From IMG/VR virus record IMGVR_UViG_3300003797_000002: 64,000 nt of DNA. One strand, given 5' to 3'. The notes under the pieces are model-generated. The model had not been told where the DNA came from, ran no database searches, and saw only the letters and a list, made by a program, of their open reading frames with translations. Position numbers and translations under genes: made by a program. Positions within the stretch are counted from its first letter, which is position 1. Each line of letters opens with the position of its first letter. This document shows positions 9,187 through 17,669 of the stretch, one piece after another. The stretch is from a virus.

Positions 9187-10248
9187 ATGAGCATTCTAGA
9201 CAAACTACGTAAAGCAAGCACAATCAAGGAAGCAGATGTGCTATCGGATTCCAAGTTCTTTAATAAGAAGGACATGATTCAGACTTCCATTCCCATGCTC
9301 AATGTTGCACTATCAGGTAGTCTAGACGGTGGTATTACACCAGGTCTAACTCTCTGGTGTGGTCCATCAAAGCACTTCAAGTCATTCTTCTGTCTTCTAG
9401 AAGTCAAAGCGTACCTTGACAAATATCCTGAAGCTATCTGCCTCTTTTACGACTCGGAGTTTGGTGCTGGTAAGAAGTATTTTGAAACCATTGGCATTGA
9501 TACTACTCGTGTTATTCATAGTCCAATCACCGACGTTGAACAGTTCAAGTTTGATGTTATGCAGCAACTTGAAGTGATTTCTCGTGGCGACAAGGTAATC
9601 ATCTTTGTTGACTCTGTTGGTAACTTGGCTTCTAAGAAAGAAGTTGATGATGCCAAGGATGGCAAGTCTGTTGCAGATATGTCACGGGCGAAGCAGATCA
9701 AGTCTGTGTTTCGTATGATTACGCCACATCTAAACATCAAAGACATTCCAATGGTCGTTGTGAATCACACATATCAGACACAAGAAATGTACTCAAAGGC
9801 CGTCGTATCTGGTGGTACTGGTATCTATTATTCTGCTGATACAATCTTCATCATTGGTCGTCAACAAGAGAAAGATGGCACCGAAGTCACTGGTTACAAC
9901 TTCATCATCAATGTTGAAAAGTCACGCCATGTTCGTGAAAAGTCCAAGATTCCTATTGAAGTTCGTTTTGAAGGTGGTATCTCAACATGGTCTGGTCTAC
10001 TAGATGTTGCTCTAGATTCTGGTCATGTGATTAAGCCAAAGAACGGTTGGTATCAGCAAGTTGACATGGAAACTGGCGAAGTTCTACCAAAGAACTATCG
10101 CCGTGCAGATACAGACATCAAAGATTTCTGGCTTCCTGTTTTGAAATCAAAATCTTTCCGCAAGTATATTGAGGATAACTATAGACTTGCACAGGAAGAT
10201 ATGGTATCTAATGAAGATATCTCGGACATCTACGGAGAAGCGGATTGA
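9187..10248 (+). CDS. uvsX: RecA-like recombinase UvsX
   Basis: GPSKHFKS Walker A, LFYDSEFG, VDSVGNLASKKE, VNHTYQTQEM collinear with T4 UvsX; ATG 9187 after AGGAG. Confidence 0.9.
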   Translation: MSILDKLRKASTIKEADVLSDSKFFNKKDMIQTSIPMLNVALSGSLDGGITPGLTLWCGPSKHFKSFFCLLEVKAYLDKYPEAICLFYDSEFGAGKKYFETIGIDTTRVIHSPITDVEQFKFDVMQQLEVISRGDKVIIFVDSVGNLASKKEVDDAKDGKSVADMSRAKQIKSVFRMITPHLNIKDIPMVVVNHTYQTQEMYSKAVVSGGTGIYYSADTIFIIGRQQEKDGTEVTGYNFIINVEKSRHVREKSKIPIEVRFEGGISTWSGLLDVALDSGHVIKPKNGWYQQVDMETGEVLPKNYRRADTDIKDFWLPVLKSKSFRKYIEDNYRLAQEDMVSNEDISDIYGEAD

Positions 10249-10397
10249 CTAAAGAAGAGTTTGAAGTTAAGTTCAAAGAATATTTGAATGAACAAGGATC
10301 TAATCCAGGCACTGGTTGGATTAGCAAGATGGGTTGGCACTATAAAAAGCGTCAAGAGTTCGTGAGACTTATTGACTATAAGGAGGATGTTAAGTGA
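10245..10397 (+). CDS. small hypothetical protein (50 aa)
   Basis: TTG start overlapping the uvsX stop; its stop overlaps the gp41 GTG start (GTGA); coupling-type junctions only. Confidence 0.3.
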   Translation: MTKEEFEVKFKEYLNEQGSNPGTGWISKMGWHYKKRQEFVRLIDYKEDVK

Positions 10398-11839
10398 TTG
10401 AAGAACAGGTAATCTTTTCACATCTACTTTATAATGAAGAATATTGCAGAAAGGTGATCCCATTCCTGAAGACCGAATACTTCCAAACACGGCCTAACAA
10501 GATCGTGTTTGGACTTATTGACAAGTATGTCAAGACTTATTACAGGGTGCCTACAAAGGAAGCTTTGCAGTCTGAAATCTTGTCTCTCACAAATATTAGT
10601 GAAGATGAGTATTCAATCTGCAAAGATACTGTACAGACATTCAATGCAGACTTGGCTACGTCCATTGATTGGTTGTTTAACGAAACGGAGAAGTTCTGTC
10701 AAGAACGAGCCGTCTATAATGCAATCATGGACTCCATCAAGATCATTGATGGCAAAGATGACAAACGCGGTAAAGGAGCATTGCCAGAGATTCTAACTGA
10801 GGCTCTGGCAGTCTCTTTTGATACAAACATCGGGCATGACTTTCTTGGTGATGCTGAACAGAGGTATGACTTCTACCATCTGAAGGAAGAGAAGCTAGAG
10901 TTTGACCTGAAGTATTTCAATAAGATTACTAAGGGTGGTGTATCTAAGAAAACGTTGTCTTGTATTCTAGCGTCCACAGGCGTTGGTAAGACGATGTTTA
11001 TGACGCACTGTGCAGCGAATCATCTGGACATGGGCAAGAACGTTCTCTATATCACCATGGAAATGTCCGAAGAGCGGATTGCAGAACGTATTGACGCCAA
11101 CTTGATGAATATCACGATGGACGAACTTCGTGATCTACCGAAAGATTCTTTCAACAAGAAGATCAATCGAATCAAGTCATCAACACAAGGCAAGTTGATT
11201 ATCAAGGAGTATCCAACATCATCTGCTGGTGCTGCACACTTCCGGCATCTATTGCAAGAACTTCGTATTAAGAAGAACTTCAAACCAGATGTAATCTACG
11301 TTGACTATCTAAACATTTGTGCTTCTACACGTATGAAGATGGGTGGTTCTGTAAATAGTTATATGTACATCAAGTCGATTGCCGAAGAACTACGTGGTCT
11401 TGCGGTTGAGTTTGATCTACCAATCATCACGGCTACACAGTCAAATCGTGATGGTTATAACTCTTCTGATCTTGGGCTAGACAACACCTCTGAATCATTT
11501 GGCTTGCCTGCAACAGTAGACTTCATGTTTGCTCTGATGGTAACAGATGAACTGGCTGAAATGAACCAGATCCTTGTCAAGCAGTTGAAGAACCGCTATA
11601 GCGATATCAATGAAAACAAGAGGTTCGTTATCGGTGTAAACAAGTCTAAGATGCGTTTTCATGATGTGGATGATTCTGAGCAAGAGAATATTCTAGAAGG
11701 TCCTAAGAAAGATAAGTATCAGGACAAGCCGGTAATGGACAACACTCAGGTCGGTATTCGTGCCAACGAAGAAGACAATATGAAGTGGATGACTAAGGCT
11801 GCCGGCCGTAAAGATTTTAGCGGATTGAGAATGACTTGA
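10394..11839 (+). CDS. 41: replicative DNA helicase (T4 gp41 / DnaB family)
   Basis: STGVGKT Walker A, YITMEM, RIDANLMN, AEELRGLAVE collinear with T4 gp41. Confidence 0.9.
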   Translation: MIEEQVIFSHLLYNEEYCRKVIPFLKTEYFQTRPNKIVFGLIDKYVKTYYRVPTKEALQSEILSLTNISEDEYSICKDTVQTFNADLATSIDWLFNETEKFCQERAVYNAIMDSIKIIDGKDDKRGKGALPEILTEALAVSFDTNIGHDFLGDAEQRYDFYHLKEEKLEFDLKYFNKITKGGVSKKTLSCILASTGVGKTMFMTHCAANHLDMGKNVLYITMEMSEERIAERIDANLMNITMDELRDLPKDSFNKKINRIKSSTQGKLIIKEYPTSSAGAAHFRHLLQELRIKKNFKPDVIYVDYLNICASTRMKMGGSVNSYMYIKSIAEELRGLAVEFDLPIITATQSNRDGYNSSDLGLDNTSESFGLPATVDFMFALMVTDELAEMNQILVKQLKNRYSDINENKRFVIGVNKSKMRFHDVDDSEQENILEGPKKDKYQDKPVMDNTQVGIRANEEDNMKWMTKAAGRKDFSGLRMT

Positions 11840-12021
11840 TATACAGAATCAGAACGTTCGATGGTAAGTACCACATTTTTGAGACAACCACTGGGTTTAC
11901 CATCTATTCCTCAGCCGAGGAAGACAAGGTGAAATCTATCTGTCGTTTCTTAAACTCAGGAGGTGGTTTCAATGGAGCCACCCCTGCATTTTTTTGCCAC
12001 AAAGTTGACATTACCGATTGA
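11836..12021 (+). CDS. hypothetical protein
   Basis: TTG start overlapping the gp41 stop; TGA stop lies inside the next TTGACA. Confidence 0.4.
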   Translation: MIYRIRTFDGKYHIFETTTGFTIYSSAEEDKVKSICRFLNSGGGFNGATPAFFCHKVDITD

Positions 12022-12080
12022 CATTTTTTCAGAATCAGCTACATTGAGAATGTAGTTAGTGAGAAAGGTGATTCGTTATG
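12018..12080 (+). promoter_or_regulatory. early sigma70-type promoter + conserved leader cassette (copy 1)
   Basis: TTGACA 12018-23, 16 nt, TACATT 12040-45, leader GAGAATGTAGTTAGTGAGAAAGGTGATTCGTTATG; 63 bp identical to 12276-12338. Confidence 0.7.
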
Positions 12081-12269
12081 ATTAAGATTTTTGCTATTGC
12101 ATTCGCTCTGGTTGCCCTAGAACTCTTTGGGTTCAAGGAACTCGTTAGTTTTATGCATCCCATTGCGTTGATTAAGTTTTTCATCGCTATTCCGTTCGTT
12201 GCCATTGCTGCGATTACCGCTTGGTATCCCTTTGCGGTAGGCATCTGTGGCGGTCCTGAACGCTTCTGA
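12078..12269 (+). CDS. small membrane protein
   Basis: Two hydrophobic helices; cassette-driven. Confidence 0.55.
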   Translation: MIKIFAIAFALVALELFGFKELVSFMHPIALIKFFIAIPFVAIAAITAWYPFAVGICGGPERF

Positions 12270-12275
12270 TATCTC

Positions 12276-12338
12276 TTGACATTTTTTCAGAATCAGCTAC
12301 ATTGAGAATGTAGTTAGTGAGAAAGGTGATTCGTTATG
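12276..12338 (+). promoter_or_regulatory. early promoter + leader cassette (copy 2)
   Basis: Perfect 63-bp repeat of 12018-12080. Confidence 0.7.
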
Positions 12339-12572
12339 GCAAAGGCAATCGAAGCGTTCATGGGGCATGACTCCTACGGCCGTCACATTCATGCTGCTGT
12401 CCGCGAGGATGGTCAGTGGTTCTCTCGCCACTGGGGGTTCAACGGTTACGGAAACGGTTGGCTCAAGTGGAAGAAAGATCAAGAACTTCCTCGCCTCGAA
12501 GATGGTCGTGTCGAATGGGGGTTCAAGACCCTTGAGCCTATCAATCCTGAAGGCCTTCGGTTGCCAAATTAA
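12336..12572 (+). CDS. hypothetical protein
   Basis: Cassette-driven ORF; overlapping frame 12367-12615 judged a shadow. Confidence 0.5.
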   Translation: MAKAIEAFMGHDSYGRHIHAAVREDGQWFSRHWGFNGYGNGWLKWKKDQELPRLEDGRVEWGFKTLEPINPEGLRLPN

Positions 12573-12576
12573 CCAC

Positions 12577-12632
12577 TTGACATTCATCGCGAATCATGAT
12601 AGGTTCAGATCATAGACGATGGAGATGAAATG
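12577..12632 (+). promoter_or_regulatory. early promoter (copy 3, divergent leader)
   Basis: TTGACA 12577-82, 17 nt containing GCGAATC, TAGGTT 12600-05, GGAG, ATG 12630. Confidence 0.55.
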
Positions 12633-13100
12633 GAAGTTCACGTATCAGGTATCAATGCGACCAAAGCTGAGGAACTCACCGAGGCAGCAGAGTTTTTTGC
12701 GCGCCAGTTGATGGATCCTCGTATGGTTCGCAATCTATCCATTGATCTGGAGATTGAAACAAATCTAGACGCCGAAGGCGAATGTGTTGATGAGCAGGGC
12801 ACTAGGAATCCTCGGTGGTTCACGATTCGTCTCAAGCGCCAGAAGATCGACGGTATGATTAAAACTCTAGCGCACGAAATGGTCCATGTTAAGCAACACG
12901 CTAAGAATGAACTTCAACGCGGTATCGTGATCCCTACGAGGGGTGGTCTAAAGATCAGCAGCAAGTGGCAAGGCGAAATCTGGAAGCCCAAGCGGCATGA
13001 AGATAACTATTTTGATTCGCCTTGGGAGGTAGAAGCTTACGGCAAAGAAGTCGGGCTCTATCACAAGTGGTTTGCATTCATCAACGAGCGTTATAAGTAG
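12630..13100 (+). CDS. putative Zn-metallopeptidase (HExxH)
   Basis: LAHEMVHVKQH motif. Confidence 0.45.
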   Translation: MEVHVSGINATKAEELTEAAEFFARQLMDPRMVRNLSIDLEIETNLDAEGECVDEQGTRNPRWFTIRLKRQKIDGMIKTLAHEMVHVKQHAKNELQRGIVIPTRGGLKISSKWQGEIWKPKRHEDNYFDSPWEVEAYGKEVGLYHKWFAFINERYK

Positions 13101-13108
13101 AGTTATAT

Positions 13109-13185
13109 TCCCTAGGGGCCCTATCGGTAGGGGCACAAGACTGTTAATCTTGTCGTTATAGGTTCGAATCCTATCTAGGGAGCCA
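13109..13185 (+). tRNA. tRNA-Asn (GTT)
   Basis: Acceptor TCCCTAG/CTAGGGA, D stem GCCC/GGGC, anticodon stem CAAGA/TCTTG with loop CTGTTAA, T arm ATAGG-TTCGAAT-CCTAT, encoded CCA. Confidence 0.85.
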
Positions 13186-13203
13186 TTTAAAAAGGAAACT
13201 ACC

Positions 13204-13365
13204 ATGTTTCACGTATACGCATTGAACGCAGATTACGAAATGGTTGTTGAATGTCTGGTCGAAGATTATAAAGCTGCTTTAAAGCTTGCTGAAAGTCTGG
13301 ACCTAATCTATGGCAGAGATAATGTCTGTCTTGAAGTGGTGATTGATGACACTGAAAAGGTCTAA
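13204..13365 (+). CDS. small acidic hypothetical protein (53 aa)
   Basis: ATG after AAGGAA; below ORF-track cutoff. Confidence 0.45.
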   Translation: MFHVYALNADYEMVVECLVEDYKAALKLAESLDLIYGRDNVCLEVVIDDTEKV

Positions 13366-13383
13366 GTGAAATAAAGGATTGTT

Positions 13384-13782
13384 ATGAAGATTGGTATTAC
13401 ATGTTCCTGCTTTGATCTGTTTCATTCGGGTCATGTTCTTATGCTTGAAGAAGCTAAAGAACACTGTGATTTTCTTATCGCAGCACTTCAGACTGATCCT
13501 ACGATTGATCGTCCAGAAAAGAATAAGCCAGTTCAAGATGTATATGAACGTTGGTCACAGTTAAATGCCTGTAAATATGTAGACAAAATCATTCCATACT
13601 CCACTGAAGGTGACCTATATAATCTTCTACTCACCCAGAAGATTGATATTCGGTTTGTAGGAGAAGAGTATGAGTCTAAAACTTTTACTGGCAAATATAT
13701 GCCAGGCATTGAGATTTATTATAACAGACGCGAACATAACTATAGTTCTTCTGGGCTACGTGAACGTATTATGAAAGGATAA
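13384..13782 (+). CDS. cytidylyltransferase-family nucleotidyltransferase (TagD / RfaE domain II-like)
   Basis: CFDLFHSGHV (HxGH) near the N-terminus, about 130 aa. Confidence 0.7.
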   Translation: MKIGITCSCFDLFHSGHVLMLEEAKEHCDFLIAALQTDPTIDRPEKNKPVQDVYERWSQLNACKYVDKIIPYSTEGDLYNLLLTQKIDIRFVGEEYESKTFTGKYMPGIEIYYNRREHNYSSSGLRERIMKG

Positions 13783-13785
13783 AAT

Positions 13786-14346
13786 ATGTACCAGACACAT
13801 CAGTATGATCCCGAAGAGTATCTACCAGAAGTCGTTCCAAACGTAGTATTCAAGACTCGTGTGCGTGACGATTCGATTGAAGGACCAAATCCTTATCGTT
13901 GGGAAAAAAGGACTTCGTTTGACTATTTTGCAAACAAGCGCGTAGTTCTATTTTCTCTTCCTGGTGCCTTTACACCTACTTGTTCGACATATCAGCTTCC
14001 TGGTTTCGAAGAAAACTATAAAGACTTCAAGGCACTAGGCATTGATGATGTATATTGCATCTCAGTCAATGATGCCTTTGTAATGAATGCTTGGGCCAAG
14101 TCACAACAGCTTCAGAAGGTCAAGGTCATTCCAGACGGTTCTGGTACATTTACCAGTGGTATGTCGATGCTAGTGAATAAGGAAAATCTTGGCTTTGGCA
14201 CACGTTCCTGGCGTTATGCTGTAGTGGTAAACAACGGCAAGATCGAAAAGTGGTTCATTGAACCTGGCTTTGGTCACAATGTCGATGATGATCCATACGG
14301 CGAGACTGCACCTGAAAACATTATGAAATGGCTCAAAACTGCTTGA
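13786..14346 (+). CDS. peroxiredoxin (Prx5-type)
   Basis: LFSLPGAFTPTCS peroxidatic Cys motif; DAFVMNAW. Confidence 0.85.
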   Translation: MYQTHQYDPEEYLPEVVPNVVFKTRVRDDSIEGPNPYRWEKRTSFDYFANKRVVLFSLPGAFTPTCSTYQLPGFEENYKDFKALGIDDVYCISVNDAFVMNAWAKSQQLQKVKVIPDGSGTFTSGMSMLVNKENLGFGTRSWRYAVVVNNGKIEKWFIEPGFGHNVDDDPYGETAPENIMKWLKTA

Positions 14347-14423
14347 CTTATTCCACGAATCAGCTATGATGGGAATATAGAGAGACAAAGCTTCTCTCTG
14401 ATACAAAATGGAGATTGATTATG
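14343..14423 (+). promoter_or_regulatory. early promoter + leader cassette (variant -35 TTGACT)
   Basis: TTGACT 14343-48 containing the Prx TGA stop, spacer ..ACGAATCAGC, TATGAT 14365-70, leader hairpin AGAGAGA(14379-85)/TCTCTCT(14393-99), GGAG, ATG 14421. Confidence 0.55.
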
Positions 14424-14771
14424 TTTAATGTTGGTGATCGAGTTAAGCTTACCAGTTCGGCAACGGGCTATATTGACGAACCTGATAATGGACTTGATGT
14501 CGGTAGTCTGGGTACTGTCACTGAAAAAATCGATCCATATGGACAAACTGATGGGATATATTATCGGGTAAAGTTTGATTCTGGTTATTTTGGTCATCAT
14601 GACCTTTCGGTTTATATCTACAAAGATGAAATCGAGTTGGTAAAAGAGACAGTGCAAGATGACATTATCAAACTTCTAAAGCTTGCACAGGCTGCTATTA
14701 TTCATTATTCTCAAGATCCAGATGAAGCAATCGCCTTGCGTATTGAAAAGTTTCTTGCAAGCAATACTTGA
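14421..14771 (+). CDS. hypothetical protein with N-terminal MFNVGDRV SH3-like module
   Basis: N-terminus paralogous to the ORFs at 30859 and 31214. Confidence 0.5.
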   Translation: MFNVGDRVKLTSSATGYIDEPDNGLDVGSLGTVTEKIDPYGQTDGIYYRVKFDSGYFGHHDLSVYIYKDEIELVKETVQDDIIKLLKLAQAAIIHYSQDPDEAIALRIEKFLASNT

Positions 14772-14798
14772 TACATGAACATGTTTTATAAGTAGAAC

Positions 14799-15425
14799 AT
14801 GAACAACGTAACGAACTTTAAAAACTTCATTGTCGAGTCACAAAACACACTCCATGCCTTTGACATGGATGAAACTTTGTTTACTCACGATCCAGGTTCA
14901 CTCGCTATTCATGTAAACGATGAACATGGCAAGCGAGTGAAGTCTTTAAGTAATCAACAGTTCAATACGCATAAGTTAGATCCAGGTCATTCATATGACT
15001 TCTCTGACTTTAGATCATCTAGCAAGTTGCATCAAACGGGTAAACCTATTCGTAAGATGCTTGCTAAGATGAAAGCCATTCATAATAATGGCGGTAAGGT
15101 TGAGATACTAACTGCTCGGGCAGACTTTGACGATCAGCCAAAGTTTGCCGAGTTTATGAAGAAGTATGGAGTAGATATAAATAAAGTGCATGTTCGCAGG
15201 GCTGGTAATAAGCCTGGTGATCCTGCCGTAAGAAAACGTGATATTGTACACAATCTCATTAATCAGAATGGATATAAAAACGTCCATCTCTATGATGATT
15301 CTAAAGACAATCTAGCACAGTTTCTTTCATTGAAGCAACATCATCCTGGTGTTAACTTCAATGCTCATCACGTAAGTCATAACGATGACACTGGTGAGAC
15401 TACGGTACGCACAACGAAAGTTTAA
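14799..15425 (+). CDS. HAD-superfamily phosphatase (DxDxT)
   Basis: AFDMDETLF motif I, ILTAR motif II, YDDSKDN motif IV-like; same chemistry as the T4 Pnkp phosphatase domain and 5'-nucleotidases. Confidence 0.6.
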   Translation: MNNVTNFKNFIVESQNTLHAFDMDETLFTHDPGSLAIHVNDEHGKRVKSLSNQQFNTHKLDPGHSYDFSDFRSSSKLHQTGKPIRKMLAKMKAIHNNGGKVEILTARADFDDQPKFAEFMKKYGVDINKVHVRRAGNKPGDPAVRKRDIVHNLINQNGYKNVHLYDDSKDNLAQFLSLKQHHPGVNFNAHHVSHNDDTGETTVRTTKV

Positions 15426-15426
15426 T

Positions 15427-15500
15427 GCCGATATAGTATAGTGGTAATACAGTGGATTTGTAACCCTCTGACAGGAGTTCGATTCTTCTTATCGGCACCA
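15427..15500 (+). tRNA. tRNA, probably Thr (TGT)
   Basis: Acceptor GCCGATA/TATCGGC, D arm GTAT-AGTGGTA-ATAC, T arm AGGAG-TTCGATT-CTTCT, CCA encoded. Anticodon loop TTTGTAA, but its stem has two mismatches. Confidence 0.65.
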
Positions 15501-15509
15501 GACTATTTT

Positions 15510-15595
15510 GATGAACAATGATCTATTACGAACTAGACGTAAGGCGCTAGATGGTATGAAAATCAGGACCAGAACTTGAACGTTCATTGTTCATC
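15510..15595 (+). ncRNA. candidate small structured RNA between tRNA genes
   Basis: 12-bp perfect stem GATGAACAATGA(15510-21)/TCATTGTTCATC(15584-95) enclosing 62 nt; no ORF. Confidence 0.3.
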
Positions 15596-15610
15596 TAAAT
15601 AGATTATTGT

Positions 15611-15687
15611 CTACCATTAGGAAAGTCTGGTAATCCGCCTGGTTTGGGGCCAGGAGATCGGGAGTTCAAATCTCTCATGGTAGACCA
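15611..15687 (+). tRNA. tRNA-Pro (TGG)
   Basis: Acceptor CTACCAT/ATGGTAG, anticodon stem CCTGG/CCAGG with loop TTTGGGG, T arm GGGAG-TTCAAAT-CTCTC, discriminator A + CCA. Confidence 0.85.
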
Positions 15688-15692
15688 TTCCA

Positions 15693-15700
15693 TATAAATA
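15693..15700 (+). promoter_or_regulatory. T4-type late promoter motif TATAAATA
   Basis: Exact motif 6 nt before ATG 15706. Confidence 0.35.
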
Positions 15701-15705
15701 AGAGC

Positions 15706-15936
15706 ATGAAAATGAAAATATTCAAAGCTTTCAAAGAATCGACAACAGAGACACCAGAGAACATTCAGATTGAAGTTCTAGGTGTTGATGATAGCTGGCG
15801 TAGAGTTGAAGGCGGTGTTCCTAATCGTGCGCAGTCTATTGCTCGTGCATTAGAGTATACCAAAAAGAGATATCCTAAGAACCGAGTTCGTGCTGTTGGA
15901 CAGAAAACGGGCAGGTTCTACGATCTTTTGCCTTGA
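15706..15936 (+). CDS. hypothetical protein
   Basis: ORF only; 3' end overlapped convergently by the endonuclease gene. Confidence 0.5.
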   Translation: MKMKIFKAFKESTTETPENIQIEVLGVDDSWRRVEGGVPNRAQSIARALEYTKKRYPKNRVRAVGQKTGRFYDLLP

Positions 15937-16511
15937 TGTTTATTTTTTAATGTTTCGCTTATTTTTTTCTTAGTCTCTTCACTTGGAACTTTACCAAGTT
16001 GAGCAAGTCTCATTTTTTCTTTTGTTTCAGTTGATCTTTTTTTACCTACATTTTTCTTGTGTAGACTAGTTAAACGATCTATTTCTAGTTGAGTTTTGTT
16101 TCTGTTTTTGTGTGAATCTGAAAGTTTTTTTATAGTATCAGATGATCGTTTCTTCCCCTTGTTCGCAAGTCCCATTTTGATTCTCGATTCTTCAGTTAAC
16201 CCCGATCTTGGTCCTGTGTGATATTTACATCCCACATTTCCAGGTTTAGCGTCTTCCTGTACAAGATTTGCCCAAGATTTAGATTCGACAATATCATTTT
16301 CTTGTGAGAACGAAATAGCATATGCCGTAGCGTCTTCTTGGTTATAGAAGGTGTGTACTTCTAAAGTTATAGGTGTTATGTTATGCGATTTTATGTGTCT
16401 GATCCAATACTGACCAGATCCTTTATATCTGAAAGGATTTTTTGTTTTAGTGTAACCAAAATATTTCATATCACAATGACCACATTGCTTCACGTATAGA
16501 TAAATAACCAT
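15918..16511 (-). mobile_element. free-standing GIY-YIG-type homing endonuclease with NUMOD3-like repeats
   Basis: IYLYVKQC..KYFGYT..YKGSG N-terminal module. C-terminal repeats SEESRIKMGLANKGK / STETKEKMRLAQLGK / SEETKKKISETLK. Sits inside the tRNA cluster as segB does in T4. Confidence 0.75.
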
Positions 16512-16581
16512 AGCTGATGCTCCTGTTTAGCGTTAGAGTCTGTGGATATTAGTAGTATCGTGACAGACAATATTACTTATA
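16512..16581 (-). promoter_or_regulatory. conserved homing-endonuclease leader
   Basis: Minus-strand TATAAGTA at 16574-81, hairpin GTCTGT(16538-43)/ACAGAC(16563-68), TCTAACGCT, GGAGCATCAGCTATG. Confidence 0.55.
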
Positions 16582-16594
16582 TAAAACACCCTTT

Positions 16595-16668
16595 GCCTCA
16601 TTAGCATAGAATCAATGCATCTGGCTTCCACCCAGAGGAAAACGGGGAGGTACCGTTATGAGGCTCCA
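16595..16668 (+). tRNA. non-canonical tRNA-Gly(TCC)-like cloverleaf
   Basis: All four stems are perfect: acceptor GCCTCAT/ATGAGGC, D GCAT/ATGC, anticodon TCTGG/CCAGA (loop CTTCCAC), T AACGG/CCGTT. U8, A14, U33, A37 and T+CCA are present. D loop AGAATCA lacks GG, and T loop is GGAGGTA instead of TTCRANY. Confidence 0.6.
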
Positions 16669-16687
16669 ACATCATGAAAGGTAAATA

Positions 16688-16957
16688 ATGGCAGTTAGTA
16701 CACGTAAGACTAAGGTCTCAAAAGGTATTCACTCAAACGTTTCAAAAGCAACTTCAAAGCTTGTGAAGCGTGATCGTTGCACACTAACACATGAACTTGA
16801 TCTTGTTAAAGCATGGCGTGCTGGTCGTAATCCTTGGATTACCATTGTCAATCCTAATAAGAACCAGACAAACATGCTGAATATCCGTGTTCGTGCCAAT
16901 GAATATTGGGGCAACTACAAGCGTAGTTCGAACGTAACACAGGCTCAAGAAGACTAA
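16688..16957 (+). CDS. hypothetical basic protein
   Basis: ORF with AAAGG SD. Confidence 0.5.
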   Translation: MAVSTRKTKVSKGIHSNVSKATSKLVKRDRCTLTHELDLVKAWRAGRNPWITIVNPNKNQTNMLNIRVRANEYWGNYKRSSNVTQAQED

Positions 16958-16994
16958 ATAATAAATAGAGTGTAATCTAACACTCAAGGAAATA

Positions 16995-17669
16995 ATGATG
17001 CAGCGGTTGCTATCTATCCCTAGGATGTTAGCTTCCGCTGCATTTTCTTTTCTAGCAAAGCGGAAGCTGCCTCCATCGTTACCTGCAAATCAAGTCTGGC
17101 CTTACGGTCAGGCTATTGTCGTGCCTGGTACCACAGTGCTTTGTAACTCGTTCTATCTCGTTCTTTATGATGAAAAGAATATGAGAACGATTCTATCTGC
17201 TGAAGTGACACAGCCACCACATGACCACGTGGAAAGAGACGACGCATTCTGCTCTGATCCTCGCCTGAAACGGTCACCAACACCAGATGACTATACAGAC
17301 AGTGGATATGATCGCGGGCATCTAACACCCGCTGCTGACGCTGGAAACGAAGTCCAGATGCGCGACACATTTCTAATGACCAACATGACACCACAACTAC
17401 CAGATGTAAACAGGATTATCTGGAAAGAACTGGAAGCGATGGTGAGAGGGATGGAGACGCAATACGTGGTGACTGGTGCAATCTATACTGATCCATCTAC
17501 TTGTATTGGAGAACGTAGGATTCCCGTTCCATCGGCGTATTACAAAGTTGTCTATCTCAAAGATCGCTCTATCAAAGTTTATATGGCTGACAACGTTGAA
17601 GGATCTGCTCTGATAGAAAAATCTTTATCAGAGTTAGAATCTTTGGTGGGATACACATTTCCCTCTTGA
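16995..17669 (+). CDS. DNA/RNA non-specific endonuclease (Serratia NucA family), probably exported
   Basis: GYDRGHLTPAADA..NMTPQ active-site pattern; hydrophobic N-terminus. Confidence 0.8.
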   Translation: MMQRLLSIPRMLASAAFSFLAKRKLPPSLPANQVWPYGQAIVVPGTTVLCNSFYLVLYDEKNMRTILSAEVTQPPHDHVERDDAFCSDPRLKRSPTPDDYTDSGYDRGHLTPAADAGNEVQMRDTFLMTNMTPQLPDVNRIIWKELEAMVRGMETQYVVTGAIYTDPSTCIGERRIPVPSAYYKVVYLKDRSIKVYMADNVEGSALIEKSLSELESLVGYTFPS

